Source of the DNA: a virus
Lineage: Duplodnaviria; Caudoviricetes
DNA length: 64,000 nucleotides
Virus record (IMG/VR): IMGVR_UViG_3300043603_000010
Coordinates: 1 to 64,000 of that record
Strand: one strand, 5' to 3'
Position numbers and translations under genes: made by a program. How positions within the stretch are numbered: the stretch's first letter is position 1; each line of letters opens with the position of its first letter. Shown in pieces: positions 37,444 through 46,619 of the stretch. The notes under the pieces are model-generated. The model had not been told where the DNA came from. It saw nothing but the letters and a program-made list of their open reading frames with translations, and did not search any database.

Positions 37444-38526
37444 ATGCGCATCACGGTCTACCCGGCGGACACCGCCGGTTGCGGCAGCTACCGGTTGCGG
37501 TGGCCCGCGCAGGCGCTCATCGCGCAGGAGAGCGGCCACACGATCCGGGTCCTGGACCCCGAGCAGCGCGACATCGAGCTGAAGATCAAGGACAACGCGG
37601 TGGAGCGCCTGGTCCTGCCGAAGGAACCGCCGGACCTGGTGGTCATGCAGCGGCTCACCCACCCGTGGATGGCTGCTGCCGTCCCGTTTCTGCGCGCTGC
37701 GGGGATCGCCGTGGTGGTCGACGTCGACGACGACCTGTCCGCGATCCACCCCCGTAATCCTGCGTACATGAGCATGCACCCGCGACCGGCCCGGCTCGCG
37801 CAGCAGTACCGGGGGGAGATCCGGCACTCCTGGCAGAACCTGGTGTCCGCCTGTCAGGACGCGACCCTGGTCACCTGCTCGACTCCCGGACTGATGCCGG
37901 TCTACGCCCCGCACGGGCGCGGCGCCGTGGTGCGCAACTGCGTACCGGAGCGGTACCTGAAGGTGGAGCACCAAGACAGCGACGTGATCGGCTGGCCCGC
38001 CGCGCTGGTCTCCCACCCCGACGATCCCGGCGTGGTCGGCGGAGCGGTCGCCCGCATCGTCGGCGAAGGCGCGCAGTTCTGTACTGTCGGCCCGGCCACG
38101 GGGACCGGCGCGGCGTTCGGCCTGCTGCGCGACCCGGCCGGAGCGGAGATCGAGGACCTGTACGCGTGGCCGGACGCGGTGGCCGAGCTGGGCATCGGCA
38201 TCGCCCCGCTGGCCGACACCCGGTTCAACCGGTCCAAGTCGGCGCTGAAGCCGCTGGAGCTGTCTGCTGTCGGCGTGCCGTGGGTCGGCTCGCCCCGGCC
38301 GGAGTACGCACGGCTGAACGCGCAGGGCTGCGGTGTGCTCGCCGACACGCCCCGGCGCTGGTACAAGGAGCTGAAGAAGCTCCACAACGACGAAAAAGCC
38401 CGCACCGACCTCTCTGCCGGTGGCAGGGAAGCGGTGCGGGCGATGACGATCGAGGGAAACGCGTGGCGCTGGCTGGAGCTGTGGGAACTGGCCGTGAAGA
38501 TGCAGCGCGGTCAGGCGCCGGGATAG
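37444..38526 (+). CDS. Glycosyltransferase (GT-B/GT4-like)
   Basis: GCGSYRLRWP...VVMQR...VDVDDDL...GIGIAPLADTRFNRSKSALKPLELSAVGVPWVGS. Confidence 0.85.
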   Translation: MRITVYPADTAGCGSYRLRWPAQALIAQESGHTIRVLDPEQRDIELKIKDNAVERLVLPKEPPDLVVMQRLTHPWMAAAVPFLRAAGIAVVVDVDDDLSAIHPRNPAYMSMHPRPARLAQQYRGEIRHSWQNLVSACQDATLVTCSTPGLMPVYAPHGRGAVVRNCVPERYLKVEHQDSDVIGWPAALVSHPDDPGVVGGAVARIVGEGAQFCTVGPATGTGAAFGLLRDPAGAEIEDLYAWPDAVAELGIGIAPLADTRFNRSKSALKPLELSAVGVPWVGSPRPEYARLNAQGCGVLADTPRRWYKELKKLHNDEKARTDLSAGGREAVRAMTIEGNAWRWLELWELAVKMQRGQAPG

Positions 38527-38873
38527 CCGATATCCCTGGCAAGCTTCATGTAGTAGTCCACGAGGCTGACCGGTTCACCGGCCCGCACGGGCACGGGGTC
38601 GTCCCCGAAATAGATGGTCTGGTGGTCCTTGCGGGCGTTCGCGGTGACCGGCGGCTGCGGTCGGAAGAACGCGACGACCAGGTCCGTCCATTCGCCGTGC
38701 ACCAGTTCGCCCTGGCCCGGGACGGTGTCCCACGCCGTGGTGGCCGTCCACTCGTCACCGGTCCAGGTGTAGGTGATGACCAGGTCCCCGGCCCAGTCGT
38801 TCTGACTGTCCTCCAGGTGGACCCGGGTCATAACCGGTCCGGCCGTTGTCTCCAGATGTGTCGAACGGATCAT
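38511..38873 (-). CDS. Hypothetical protein
   Basis: AAGGAG RBS; convergent overlap with the glycosyltransferase. Confidence 0.6.
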   Translation of the reverse strand: MIRSTHLETTAGPVMTRVHLEDSQNDWAGDLVITYTWTGDEWTATTAWDTVPGQGELVHGEWTDLVVAFFRPQPPVTANARKDHQTIYFGDDPVPVRAGEPVSLVDYYMKLARDIGYPGA

Positions 38874-38887
38874 TCTGCTCTCCTTGG

Positions 38888-39763
38888 TCAGTCGGCCGTC
38901 TCCTGGAGCATCCCCCGGAGCATTTCGAAGTCGAACAGGGGCTTCATCCCGAACGCCGCGCGCACCCGGTCCTCCCAGTCCTGGGCGGTGAGATCCAGCA
39001 CCGACAGCCCGTCACCGAACCGGTGGCCGGTCCAGCAGTCGGGGCGCATCTCCCGCAGGCCGGTGTCGCTGTTCCGAAGTTCGATCATGCACAGCGCCCA
39101 CTGCTCGGACGCGGGCAGTTCATCGAACCAGTCATCGTCCTCCTCCGTACGACCGAGCATCTTCCGGTTCGGGAAGCTCTCCGTCACGGAGTAGGACATC
39201 ACTACGGGTTCGTCGTCCCGGGCCCGCAGGAGTGTGATGACGTCCTCCCAGCCCAGCGGAGCCTGCTTCAACGGAGCCCCGGGCCGGGGCTGGTAGCGCA
39301 GCGTCTTCCGGAAGATCCTCAGATCAAGACCTTCCTGCACGATGTCGGCGAGCCAGGCCCGGTTCGGACCGTCGACCCAGCCGTGGATCTCGTTCTGCCC
39401 CGCGATCCGGGCCGCCAGTCGGACTACGTCGTTCCCCATCACCAGTGCGGTGTTGAGCGCGAGCGTCAGCGGGTGCAGTTCGCGGCCCTGGTAGCGCATG
39501 AGTGCTCCGGCTCCGCCGGAGTCGGTCCGGAACGCGGTGCCGAAGTCGCGAGTCCAGTTCCGCGTGTTGGGGTTCTGGTAGGCGCCGTGCTTCAGGTAGT
39601 GCTCCGGCGGTACCAGGACGTACAGGTGGTCGGTGCCCGGGGACGTCCCGTCCAGGTTGAGCATGCCCACCGCGAGGTCGTAGACGAAGCCCCTCAGGTG
39701 GGCTCCCTCGGCTCCGAGCAGTTCGGCGTCCCCGGAGGGGGAGTTGAAGTAGATGCGGGACAC
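38888..39763 (-). CDS. Hypothetical protein, 291 aa
   Basis: AAGGA RBS; clean long frame. Confidence 0.7.
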   Translation of the reverse strand: MSRIYFNSPSGDAELLGAEGAHLRGFVYDLAVGMLNLDGTSPGTDHLYVLVPPEHYLKHGAYQNPNTRNWTRDFGTAFRTDSGGAGALMRYQGRELHPLTLALNTALVMGNDVVRLAARIAGQNEIHGWVDGPNRAWLADIVQEGLDLRIFRKTLRYQPRPGAPLKQAPLGWEDVITLLRARDDEPVVMSYSVTESFPNRKMLGRTEEDDDWFDELPASEQWALCMIELRNSDTGLREMRPDCWTGHRFGDGLSVLDLTAQDWEDRVRAAFGMKPLFDFEMLRGMLQETAD

Positions 39764-39776
39764 AGGAGTCCTTTCC

Positions 39777-39968
39777 TCAGTCGGTCGGTACGGTCAGTGC
39801 GGGGAGCGACAGCGTGATCTCGTCCACCCGGTGCTCCATGGCGGTGATCTGCGCATTGATGTAGAGCGCGTACTTCGGGTCCATCCCGGCCAGCTCGGAC
39901 CGCTTCTCCTCCAGCCGGGACCGGAGGCGCTCGCAGTGCTCACTCATGTCCTGCGGGGACATCGCCAT
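39777..39968 (-). CDS. Small coiled-coil protein
   Basis: 63-aa ORF abutting neighbours. Confidence 0.55.
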   Translation of the reverse strand: MAMSPQDMSEHCERLRSRLEEKRSELAGMDPKYALYINAQITAMEHRVDEITLSLPALTVPTD

Positions 39969-39969
39969 C

Positions 39970-40482
39970 TCAGACCGCCTCCGGCAGGTGGACCGTATCC
40001 ACTGCTCGGCTGCGGCCCTTGACGGCGATCCGTTTCGGTCCGACAGCCACGCTCCGTGGTAGCAGGGCCGATTCCGGGATCCGGTCGGTGAGCCACGAGT
40101 GCCCGCAGGACAGGCAGACCTGGTGCAGGTTCTCGATGCCGTCGGTCCCGGGCGCGTCCAGGACGGTGTCCACGGACCGGCACACCGGGCACTTGGCCCG
40201 GGACCGGCGCCGTCGGATGGCCGACCTGTTCGCCGTCGTGGTCCCGGCCCAGTTTCCCTCCAGCCGGTGCTCGATCGCGTAGGACAGGCACTCCGGCCGC
40301 ACGGTGCAGTGGCTGCACAGGCGGATGATCATTTCGTCGACCCGGGCGTCCTCGTTCGCCGGGAAGATCAGATCGTCTAGCTCCTCCGGTCCGAGTTCCT
40401 TGACCAGCCCTCGGCAGAACGCGTCCTTGCTCCACTCCGGAGCCCGTGGCAGCGGCTCCCGGTTCACTGCGTATCCGCTCAT
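39970..40482 (-). CDS. whiB: WhiB-family transcription regulator with extra C-terminal Zn ribbon
   Basis: WSKDAFC...LIFP...CSHCTVRPECLSYA...GNWAGTT; CPVC...CLSC. Confidence 0.85.
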   Translation of the reverse strand: MSGYAVNREPLPRAPEWSKDAFCRGLVKELGPEELDDLIFPANEDARVDEMIIRLCSHCTVRPECLSYAIEHRLEGNWAGTTTANRSAIRRRRSRAKCPVCRSVDTVLDAPGTDGIENLHQVCLSCGHSWLTDRIPESALLPRSVAVGPKRIAVKGRSRAVDTVHLPEAV

Positions 40483-40566
40483 TCCTCTGTCCCTGTCCCC
40501 AGCGGTGTTTTCTCCAGAATGGGGCCGGACCGGATCCGTGGACCCGGTCCGGTCGTACCAATACGG

Positions 40567-40746
40567 CTACCGCAGCACGACGGCGCGCGGCGTACGCCTG
40601 CGCACCCGGTCCGGCTGCGGCCGGTCGTCCTCGATCGTCAGCGCGATGATCTCGCGCAGGGTCTTGGACCTCTGCTCCCGGGGTGCCCGCTCCCTGCGCA
40701 GCTGCGCACGGAGACCGCTGATCCGGGCCGCGTTCCTGGTAGCCAT
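40567..40746 (-). CDS. Small basic protein
   Basis: AAGGAGAGAACG-ATG leader; MATRNAARISG...; 59 aa; not in the track. Confidence 0.55.
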   Translation of the reverse strand: MATRNAARISGLRAQLRRERAPREQRSKTLREIIALTIEDDRPQPDRVRRRTPRAVVLR

Positions 40747-41064
40747 CGTTCTCTCCTTGGTCGTGTACGGGATCCTTGCGCGCCCGCCGCTCCCTCACGG
40801 GGTACGCCGGTCCGGTACGGACCACGGCGGCGGGCTCTCCTCACTCAGTTCCAGCGGGCCCCACGGTGCATGTCCGCCACCGACGCCTTGACGTCGGCCA
40901 GCAGGCTGAACCCGGCCGGGCAGGGGGCGGCCCCGTACCCGATGTGCGCGCACTGCGCGCAGCCGTCCCGGTGGTCCTCCCACCGGCCCAGGTCCCAGCT
41001 GTACGGCAGGACCCGGGTGACCGGGTCCCCGACCACGGGCACCGTGACGAAGTCGTCCACCGGG

Positions 41065-41412
41065 TCACCTCCGCTTCTCGGTGAGGGACGTTCCGCCCTC
41101 CACCGGCCGCAGCGCTCCGGGGCAGCGTCGGGCCCCGTCCCGGGACTGCCAGACATGGCCGTCGTGGTCGTACGGCTCCAGGCAGTCGTCCACCGGTTCC
41201 CCGTGCACGCTGTACCTGCGGATGAGCCGGTTGTCCTCCCGGACATAGTCCATCAGCAGCCAGACGGACCGGGTCCCGGATCCGATGATGATCCGCTTCG
41301 GTCCTTCCCGGGTGTATTCGACAGCCAGGAAGTTCTCACCCCCGGCCGCCAGATCGTTCAGGGCGTCGGCGATCCGCAGGCCCAGAAGGGCGCGCTGCTC
41401 ACTGCTGATCAC
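41065..41412 (-). CDS. Hypothetical protein
   Basis: Coupled to thyX. Confidence 0.6.
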   Translation of the reverse strand: MISSEQRALLGLRIADALNDLAAGGENFLAVEYTREGPKRIIIGSGTRSVWLLMDYVREDNRLIRRYSVHGEPVDDCLEPYDHDGHVWQSRDGARRCPGALRPVEGGTSLTEKRR

Positions 41413-42143
41413 GGTGCGGTCCTTCCGTAGTCGTCGAACAGCTCCAGGGCCACCGGGACGATCCGGCGCGCCTGCTGCTCCATCAGCTCCGCCACCATCT
41501 CGATCTCCTTCAGGGGGAAGGTGGGGACCGTGGTGGCGCCGGTCACCCGCCGCAGCGACAGGAAGTTCATCAGGCTGCGCAGGTTGATCGTCAGGATCCA
41601 GGACGTGTAGATGTTGACCGGCAGCACCATCCGGGCCACTTCGCGGGCGATCCCGGCGTCCAGCATCTCCCGGTAGCGCTGGTAGGACTCGGTGCTGTTC
41701 TCCATGATCAGGTTCCGCGCCCGGTGGTACTGCTGGTCCCGGCCGGGGCCGAACACGTAGGCACCCGGCTTGCCGGTCTGCACCATCGGCCGGTCGCCCC
41801 GGGGCAGGTAGAACACCGGCTCCAGCTCCCGGTACCGGGCCGACGTCTCGTTGATCGAAGCGATCCGGTGCCGATGCGCCTCACGGGCCACGAACACCGG
41901 GGCGTCGATGAAGAACCGGAAGACCACCGACTCCCAGGGGGTGCCGTGCCGGTCCCGCATCAGCATGTTCAGCAGACCCCGGTCGGACTTCGTCAGTCCT
42001 CCGCCCTTGCGGTCCGCCCGGCTGCCGAGGTACGGCGCCACCCGGGCGGTGTCGCAGACAACGGTGTCGTCGCCCATGCTGTCGAGCAGCTTCACCGACA
42101 TGTCACTGCGGAACCGGGTGTCCTGCTGCGGGGCGGTCACCAC
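41409..42143 (-). CDS. thyX: FAD-dependent thymidylate synthase
   Basis: RHGTPWE...AREAHRHRIASINETSARY (RHRx7S motif)...NLRSLMNFLSLR. Confidence 0.95.
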   Translation of the reverse strand: MVTAPQQDTRFRSDMSVKLLDSMGDDTVVCDTARVAPYLGSRADRKGGGLTKSDRGLLNMLMRDRHGTPWESVVFRFFIDAPVFVAREAHRHRIASINETSARYRELEPVFYLPRGDRPMVQTGKPGAYVFGPGRDQQYHRARNLIMENSTESYQRYREMLDAGIAREVARMVLPVNIYTSWILTINLRSLMNFLSLRRVTGATTVPTFPLKEIEMVAELMEQQARRIVPVALELFDDYGRTAP

Positions 42144-42478
42144 GGATTCCCCGGGCAGTAGCGCGTCTCCTGGGCGGAGACGCCCTGAGCCCAGTAGTGG
42201 CTGCCGTGGTCACCGAGCAAATGGCAGACGCGGACCGGGACCGGCTCCACCAGCAGCGGAGCCGCTGCGGCCGGGTTGAGGGCCGCTTCACGGCGAATCG
42301 CGTCCACGGCCCGGTCCACTCCTGTCTGGACGGTGTCCAGGGCCGCGTCCACGCCCGCGCGGAACCAGCGCAGGCCGTCCGCGTGCGCCGGGTCGTCCAC
42401 CGGCTGGAGGGAGGACGGGACGGCGACGCCCTTGTAGCGGCCGGAGCGCAGTTTCCGCTCTGTCTCGGTCAGCTTCAC
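42137..42478 (-). CDS. Hypothetical protein
   Basis: GTG start overlapping upstream stop. Confidence 0.5.
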   Translation of the reverse strand: MKLTETERKLRSGRYKGVAVPSSLQPVDDPAHADGLRWFRAGVDAALDTVQTGVDRAVDAIRREAALNPAAAAPLLVEPVPVRVCHLLGDHGSHYWAQGVSAQETRYCPGNPW

Positions 42479-42675
42479 GTCTGTGCCTCCGCCCATGTCA
42501 CGATTGCCGCGTACTGGTCGGCGATCTGCTGTGCGTGCTCGACCTGACGGTCCAGCGTCTCCTTGTCGAGCAGGGAGAACGGGCCGTCCCTGTCGGATTC
42601 GTACTGCGCCAGCGCCAGGTCCGCCTGTGCGAGGGAGTAGCGCAGCTCCGCCAGGACCACACCGTCGATCTTCAT
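42475..42675 (-). CDS. Small hypothetical protein
   Basis: Coupled; MKIDGVVLAELRY resembles 43430-43810 MKISELVLADLRM. Confidence 0.55.
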   Translation of the reverse strand: MKIDGVVLAELRYSLAQADLALAQYESDRDGPFSLLDKETLDRQVEHAQQIADQYAAIVTWAEAQT

Positions 42676-42863
42676 CGACGCCCCTCCTTCCAGCAGTCGG
42701 AGCAGATGTCCCTGCCGTTCTTCGTCCGGTGCCAGCCCGCCCGACGCGCCTGACGTCGTGCCTCGGCTTTGGTTCCGGCATCCGGGATCGACCCGGAGTC
42801 AAACGGACCCTCGTCATGCTCGGGTACGTCGCAGAACAGGAACGCTCGTAGATAGACCGTCAC
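42672..42863 (-). CDS. Small Zn-binding protein, paralog A
   Basis: FCD...GWHRTKNGRDICSDCWKEGRR. Confidence 0.6.
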   Translation of the reverse strand: MTVYLRAFLFCDVPEHDEGPFDSGSIPDAGTKAEARRQARRAGWHRTKNGRDICSDCWKEGRR

Positions 42864-43054
42864 CGCTGCCCCTCCTTCCAGCAGTCGGGGCAGATGTCCC
42901 GGCCGTTCTTCGTCCGATGCCAGCCCTGCCGCCGGAGTCCCTTGCGAGCAGACGTGGCCGTCGGCCGGGGACCGAGAGGGGAGTCCCAGGCATCGCACCG
43001 CGCTCCAGTGTCCTGGTCGACTCCGTCACATTCGATATACGCTCTCGCGGTCAC
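42860..43054 (-). CDS. Small Zn-binding protein, paralog B
   Basis: IECDG...C...GWHRTKNGRDICPDCWKEGQR. Confidence 0.6.
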   Translation of the reverse strand: MTARAYIECDGVDQDTGARCDAWDSPLGPRPTATSARKGLRRQGWHRTKNGRDICPDCWKEGQR

Positions 43055-43437
43055 GAGTTCACCTCCGTCATGCAGTGCCGCTCCCAGGCGCGGGAGACGT
43101 CGTCCAGCGTGGCCTCGGATGTGCTGCCGGAAGCCGAGGACAGCAGCGCCTTGCCGCACTGGCAGTGCGGTGCGATCTCCGGCGGCAGCGTCGGCGGGCA
43201 GTGCGCGAGCCACTGCGCGAGCACGGGTAGCCACGGCTTGTCGGGCCGTAGCGGGATCGGAGTGAAGTCGCGCCCGCACTGGCACCGGAAGTAGAACTCC
43301 ACGTCCCCGTACTCGATCACCAGGGCGTGGCCGGAGGCGTGCTCCAGGACCAGCGCGTGGCCTCCGGCCACCGTCTCGCGGAAGTCGGGGTCCGGCGGAT
43401 CGGCAGCCAGGGGCTGGTAGAATGCGCGCTCAGGCAC
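43051..43437 (-). CDS. Protein with two CQCG motifs
   Basis: FRCQCG...WLAHC and HCQCG...WERHC internal duplication. Confidence 0.6.
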   Translation of the reverse strand: MPERAFYQPLAADPPDPDFRETVAGGHALVLEHASGHALVIEYGDVEFYFRCQCGRDFTPIPLRPDKPWLPVLAQWLAHCPPTLPPEIAPHCQCGKALLSSASGSTSEATLDDVSRAWERHCMTEVNS

Positions 43438-43810
43438 GGGGAGTCTCTTCCGGCGCAGTCTCCCGGTACAGCCGGAGGATCATCCGGATCTCGCTGGTGG
43501 TCAGGTAGGCCGTGACTCCGCTATCGGTCCAACCCGACTCCTCCCGGTCGCATTTCTCCAGCAGCCGTGCGACGCGGACCGGCAGCGGACCGGCAGCCTC
43601 ACCCGGGTCGGCGTTGTGCGCCTGTGCCAGGCTGATCAGGACGGCGTACTCCTCCGCTCGGCTGTCGGCCTTGGCGGACCGTCGCGCATGCTCTTCCTGA
43701 CCGAGAGGGCCGATTGACGCACGCTCCTTCTCCCGGTAGGCAGCTGCGTACCGGACATACGTGGCATGCTCCATGCGCAGGTCCGCCAGGACCAGCTCAC
43801 TGATTTTCAT
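43430..43810 (-). CDS. Hypothetical protein
   Basis: GAGGAGAACG-ATG leader. Confidence 0.6.
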   Translation of the reverse strand: MKISELVLADLRMEHATYVRYAAAYREKERASIGPLGQEEHARRSAKADSRAEEYAVLISLAQAHNADPGEAAGPLPVRVARLLEKCDREESGWTDSGVTAYLTTSEIRMILRLYRETAPEETPRA

Positions 43811-44186
43811 CGTTCTCCTCTGTCATGCCTTTCAGGGTGCTGACCTTGGCGAACAACTGCTTGGCCGCGTCGGATTCCAGCAGGGTGGCTGCCTCCTCCT
43901 TCGCCATCGACGTACGCCCGACCAGATCGGCGGGTACGCGGAAAGAAGAACCGTCGTCCCGGACAACGCCCCTACGGATCATCTCCGCAGTGAACCGGCC
44001 CTGGTCCGGATTGCCGTCCCGGAAGCTGAGCGACTCCGCCACCCGGGCGTCATGCTCGCGCTGGTCGGCGCGGACAGCTTCCTCGAACTCGGTCACCCCG
44101 TCCTGGAGCGAGTGCGCCGGGATCTCTGCGTCGATCCCTGACCGCAGAGCGGCCAGAGCCGTCTCGTAGGTGTCGTACGTGCTCAC
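43797..44186 (-). CDS. Hypothetical protein
   Basis: GGAGGAG RBS. Confidence 0.6.
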   Translation of the reverse strand: MSTYDTYETALAALRSGIDAEIPAHSLQDGVTEFEEAVRADQREHDARVAESLSFRDGNPDQGRFTAEMIRRGVVRDDGSSFRVPADLVGRTSMAKEEAATLLESDAAKQLFAKVSTLKGMTEENDENQ

Positions 44187-44331
44187 TTCGACTCCTCCCG
44201 GAGGACTTCGCTGATCTCCTGCACCAGCTTCGCCGCCCGGCGCTTGCGCGTCAGGAAGTTAACAGCGGCGCCCCAGACGACCGACCACATGCCTCCGACA
44301 GCGGCTCCGGCGATGAACTCCCAGGACATGC

Positions 44332-44757
44332 TCATCCCTCCGTCCTCTCGATCTGTGCGCTTCCGAGGTTCCAGCAGGGCGAGGTACCGAGGGTTACGGC
44401 GGTCACGCGCCAGCTGGTGAACTCCAGGCCAGGACTGCCGTTACCCGTATTGCCGTAGTGGATCAGGGCGGAGTCGGGGATGTCGTCCACGTCCAGTTCC
44501 ATCCACACGGCACCCTGCGCAAGCGCGTCGGCGATGTCCGGGTCCGTGAGCGTGCCGGACGCGGTCAGGATTCCGTCCCGGATCTCCAGAGCGTCTATCG
44601 TGCCCCCGTAGCTGGCCAGTTCGTCGTAGCCGCCCCGGACCGGCAGCGGGAAGGCGTGGTGCCGTACGGTGCCGTCGGCAGGCGCGCGCAGCATGCGGCC
44701 GTCGTGCGTCCAGGTGTCGAGCAGGGCGATCGGGGCTGTGAAACGGATCGTCTTCAC
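44332..44757 (-). CDS. Hypothetical protein resembling the N-terminal part of the prohead protease fold
   Basis: APIALLDTWTHDGRML...LPV...GTIDALEIRDGILTASG...ELDVDD...VTAVTL. Confidence 0.5.
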   Translation of the reverse strand: MKTIRFTAPIALLDTWTHDGRMLRAPADGTVRHHAFPLPVRGGYDELASYGGTIDALEIRDGILTASGTLTDPDIADALAQGAVWMELDVDDIPDSALIHYGNTGNGSPGLEFTSWRVTAVTLGTSPCWNLGSAQIERTEG

Positions 44758-44953
44758 CGCACACCGCCCCTCAGCCGAGCGAGCAGGATCCGCGCCGTCT
44801 CGCCGGTGAACGCGTCGTCTAGTTCGTCCGCCGTGAGCGCCAGCACGGCACCCATGGGAGGGATGTCGGCCCGCGTCCAGCCGTCGGGCGCGGTCGGGTC
44901 CAGTACCGCCCAGCGGCCGGACACCTGTTCCGGCGTGCTCTCGGTCTTGTCCG

Positions 44954-45301
44954 TCATCTCTCCTCATTCCTTGTCGGGTCTGAAAGGTTCTGCTCGCGCC
45001 AGTGCGCGATTCCGGACGCGTTCGCCCGGCGGCACTTGGGGCACGGAGGTTCACCGTTGCGCAGGTGCCTCCGGTAGGCGGTGCGGTCACCGCAGTCCTC
45101 GTACCAGCCGATCAGTCCGTGCAGCACGGCCAGGTGGACCGCGTGCACGGTGCTCCTGGCGTCCAGCTTCCGGATGGCCCGGTGCACGGCCATCCGGGTT
45201 CCCGCCTCGGTGGTTCCGAGCCGCTTGGCGGCCTGGTGGTTGGTGTCCCCGAGCGCCATGCGCTGGAGCGCGTCCGTCTCCCGCCGTGTCAGCGGTTTCA
45301 C
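44954..45301 (-). CDS. LuxR-type HTH protein with C-terminal Cys/His motif
   Basis: LTRRETDALQRMALGDTNHQAAKRLG...AIRKLDARS; CGDRTAYRRHLRNGEPPCPKCR. Confidence 0.75.
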   Translation of the reverse strand: MKPLTRRETDALQRMALGDTNHQAAKRLGTTEAGTRMAVHRAIRKLDARSTVHAVHLAVLHGLIGWYEDCGDRTAYRRHLRNGEPPCPKCRRANASGIAHWREQNLSDPTRNEER

Positions 45302-45837
45302 CGGACCGGGCCGGTCATCGTGTACGCGTCCGGGTGGAGTGGGCACCCGACGTGCCGGTCGGCGTGCATGTGCCGACGGCCGTCCGCCGCGCAGTGCGGA
45401 GAAGCGGGGCAGGTCGGCGAGCAGCGGCAGACCGCTCCGGCCGGGGGCTCGCGCCAGCCGGTCCATCCATGGTCGTCCTTGTCGGCGGTCCAGGCGGCCA
45501 GCGCGGCGGTGTCCGCTGCGCTCAGCGTCCCGATACCTCTGCCGCCTGACGCCGACTTCCAGCCGACCGAGACCGAGACGGTACCGGGGAACGGCGACCG
45601 CAGCCGGGCATAGTGCAGAGGGGTCTTGAACACCAGCTCCCGCAGGTGGTCAGTGCCCAGCCAGGTGCGCAGCTCGGTGAACTGCTCCCGCTCCAGCAGG
45701 AACGACGCCCCGCCCCCGATGGTCCGGTGGAACACACGCAGATCCGTGGTGCGGTCCAGCGGCTTCCGGTACCGGGGTCCGAGTTCGACCACCGTGCGAC
45801 CGTCGGCACAGCGTGCCTGGAATCCATCGATCTTCAT
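45298..45837 (-). CDS. Hypothetical protein
   Basis: GAGGAGAGAACG-ATG leader. Confidence 0.55.
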   Translation of the reverse strand: MKIDGFQARCADGRTVVELGPRYRKPLDRTTDLRVFHRTIGGGASFLLEREQFTELRTWLGTDHLRELVFKTPLHYARLRSPFPGTVSVSVGWKSASGGRGIGTLSAADTAALAAWTADKDDHGWTGWREPPAGAVCRCSPTCPASPHCAADGRRHMHADRHVGCPLHPDAYTMTGPVR

Positions 45838-45867
45838 CGTTCTCTCCTCGATCAAGTGGTGCTCGTG

Positions 45868-45940
45868 AGCCCCGAGCAGGTCTCGAACCTGCTGCCTGCT
45901 GATTACGAATCAGCTGCTCTACCGGATGAGCTACCGGGGC
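45868..45940 (-). tRNA. tRNA-Thr(CGT)
   Basis: GCCCCGG/TCGGGGC acceptor, GCTC/GAGC D-stem, GCTGA-TTCGTAA-TCAGC, GCAGG-TTCGAGA-CCTGC; no encoded CCA. Confidence 0.9.
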
Positions 45941-46010
45941 GGGAGGAGCTTTCTTCCAGAAGGACCGTCGCCGGGTATCTGGCCCGGCGGGGTACTCCCC
46001 GCCTTCTTCG

Positions 46011-46082
46011 CTCCCGCTCCGGGGCTCGAACCCGGCCAGCCGACGCCATGGACGCCTGCTGTCCTCCGGCAGTGGTGCGGGA
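46011..46082 (-). pseudogene. Degenerate tRNA-like element (CAT in loop)
   Basis: Good T-arm CCGGG-TTCGAGC-CCCGG, partial acceptor, weak D and anticodon arms, C33. Confidence 0.5.
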
Positions 46083-46112
46083 AGGTGCCCGGCCGGAGCC
46101 GGGCCGTACGGG

Positions 46113-46310
46113 TCAGACCTGGTCCTCCACCATGTGCTTCAGGTGCGCCTGGTCGGCGTCCCAGGCAGCGGCGTACTGGAGCGCCTCGCCCTCGCGGCAC
46201 ACGGCCACCGGGACGACGTCCCCGGTGCTCTCGTCCAGCTTGGCGGTACACCCGGTGTGCTCCACCAGGTGGCTCTCGAACTCGCGCTGGGTGCTCGGGT
46301 CTCCGAACAT
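46113..46310 (-). CDS. Small hypothetical protein
   Basis: AAGGAGAGAAGGA leader; MFGDPSTQREF. Confidence 0.55.
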   Translation of the reverse strand: MFGDPSTQREFESHLVEHTGCTAKLDESTGDVVPVAVCREGEALQYAAAWDADQAHLKHMVEDQV

Positions 46311-46345
46311 AGTGTCCTTCTCTCCTTTGTCGGGTGGTGCGTGCA

Positions 46346-46430
46346 GTGGCGGGCGGCGATTCGAACGCCGCACCCCTCGCCGGTCGCTCCTCTCCGGAGC
46401 TACTGGGTTCGGCTCTGCTCATGATCCGCC
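46346..46430 (-). ncRNA. tRNA-like element with T-arm and acceptor-like ends but atypical core
   Basis: GCGGCG-TTCGAAT-CGCCGC; GGCGG/CCGCC ends; no canonical anticodon arm. Confidence 0.4.
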
Positions 46431-46477
46431 AGTACAGATGCCTCTGTACTTCCAGCTGCCGGTGCGCACCGGCCGCG

Positions 46478-46549
46478 CTCCTCGCCGTGGATTCGAACCA
46501 CGATCAGCCACTCCAGGGGCGGCTGTCCTGCCGGTTGGACGAACGGGGA
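46478..46549 (-). tRNA. tRNA-Gln(CTG)-like, non-canonical (C33, acceptor mismatch)
   Basis: TCCCCGT/GCGAGGA, GTCC/GGAC, GCCGC-CCCTGGA-GTGGC, CGTGG-TTCGAAT-CCACG. Confidence 0.7.
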
Positions 46550-46619
46550 AGGTGTCCGGCCGGAGCCGGACCGTTCTTCGATCTCTTTCGCTCTTTTCCA
46601 TCTTACTGCGCACTTACGG

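Noticed and set aside
46346-46430. tRNA-Sec or tRNA-Pyl
   Set aside because: No TCA or CTA anticodon in a proper loop and no sel/pyl genes seen. Kept only as a tRNA-like element.
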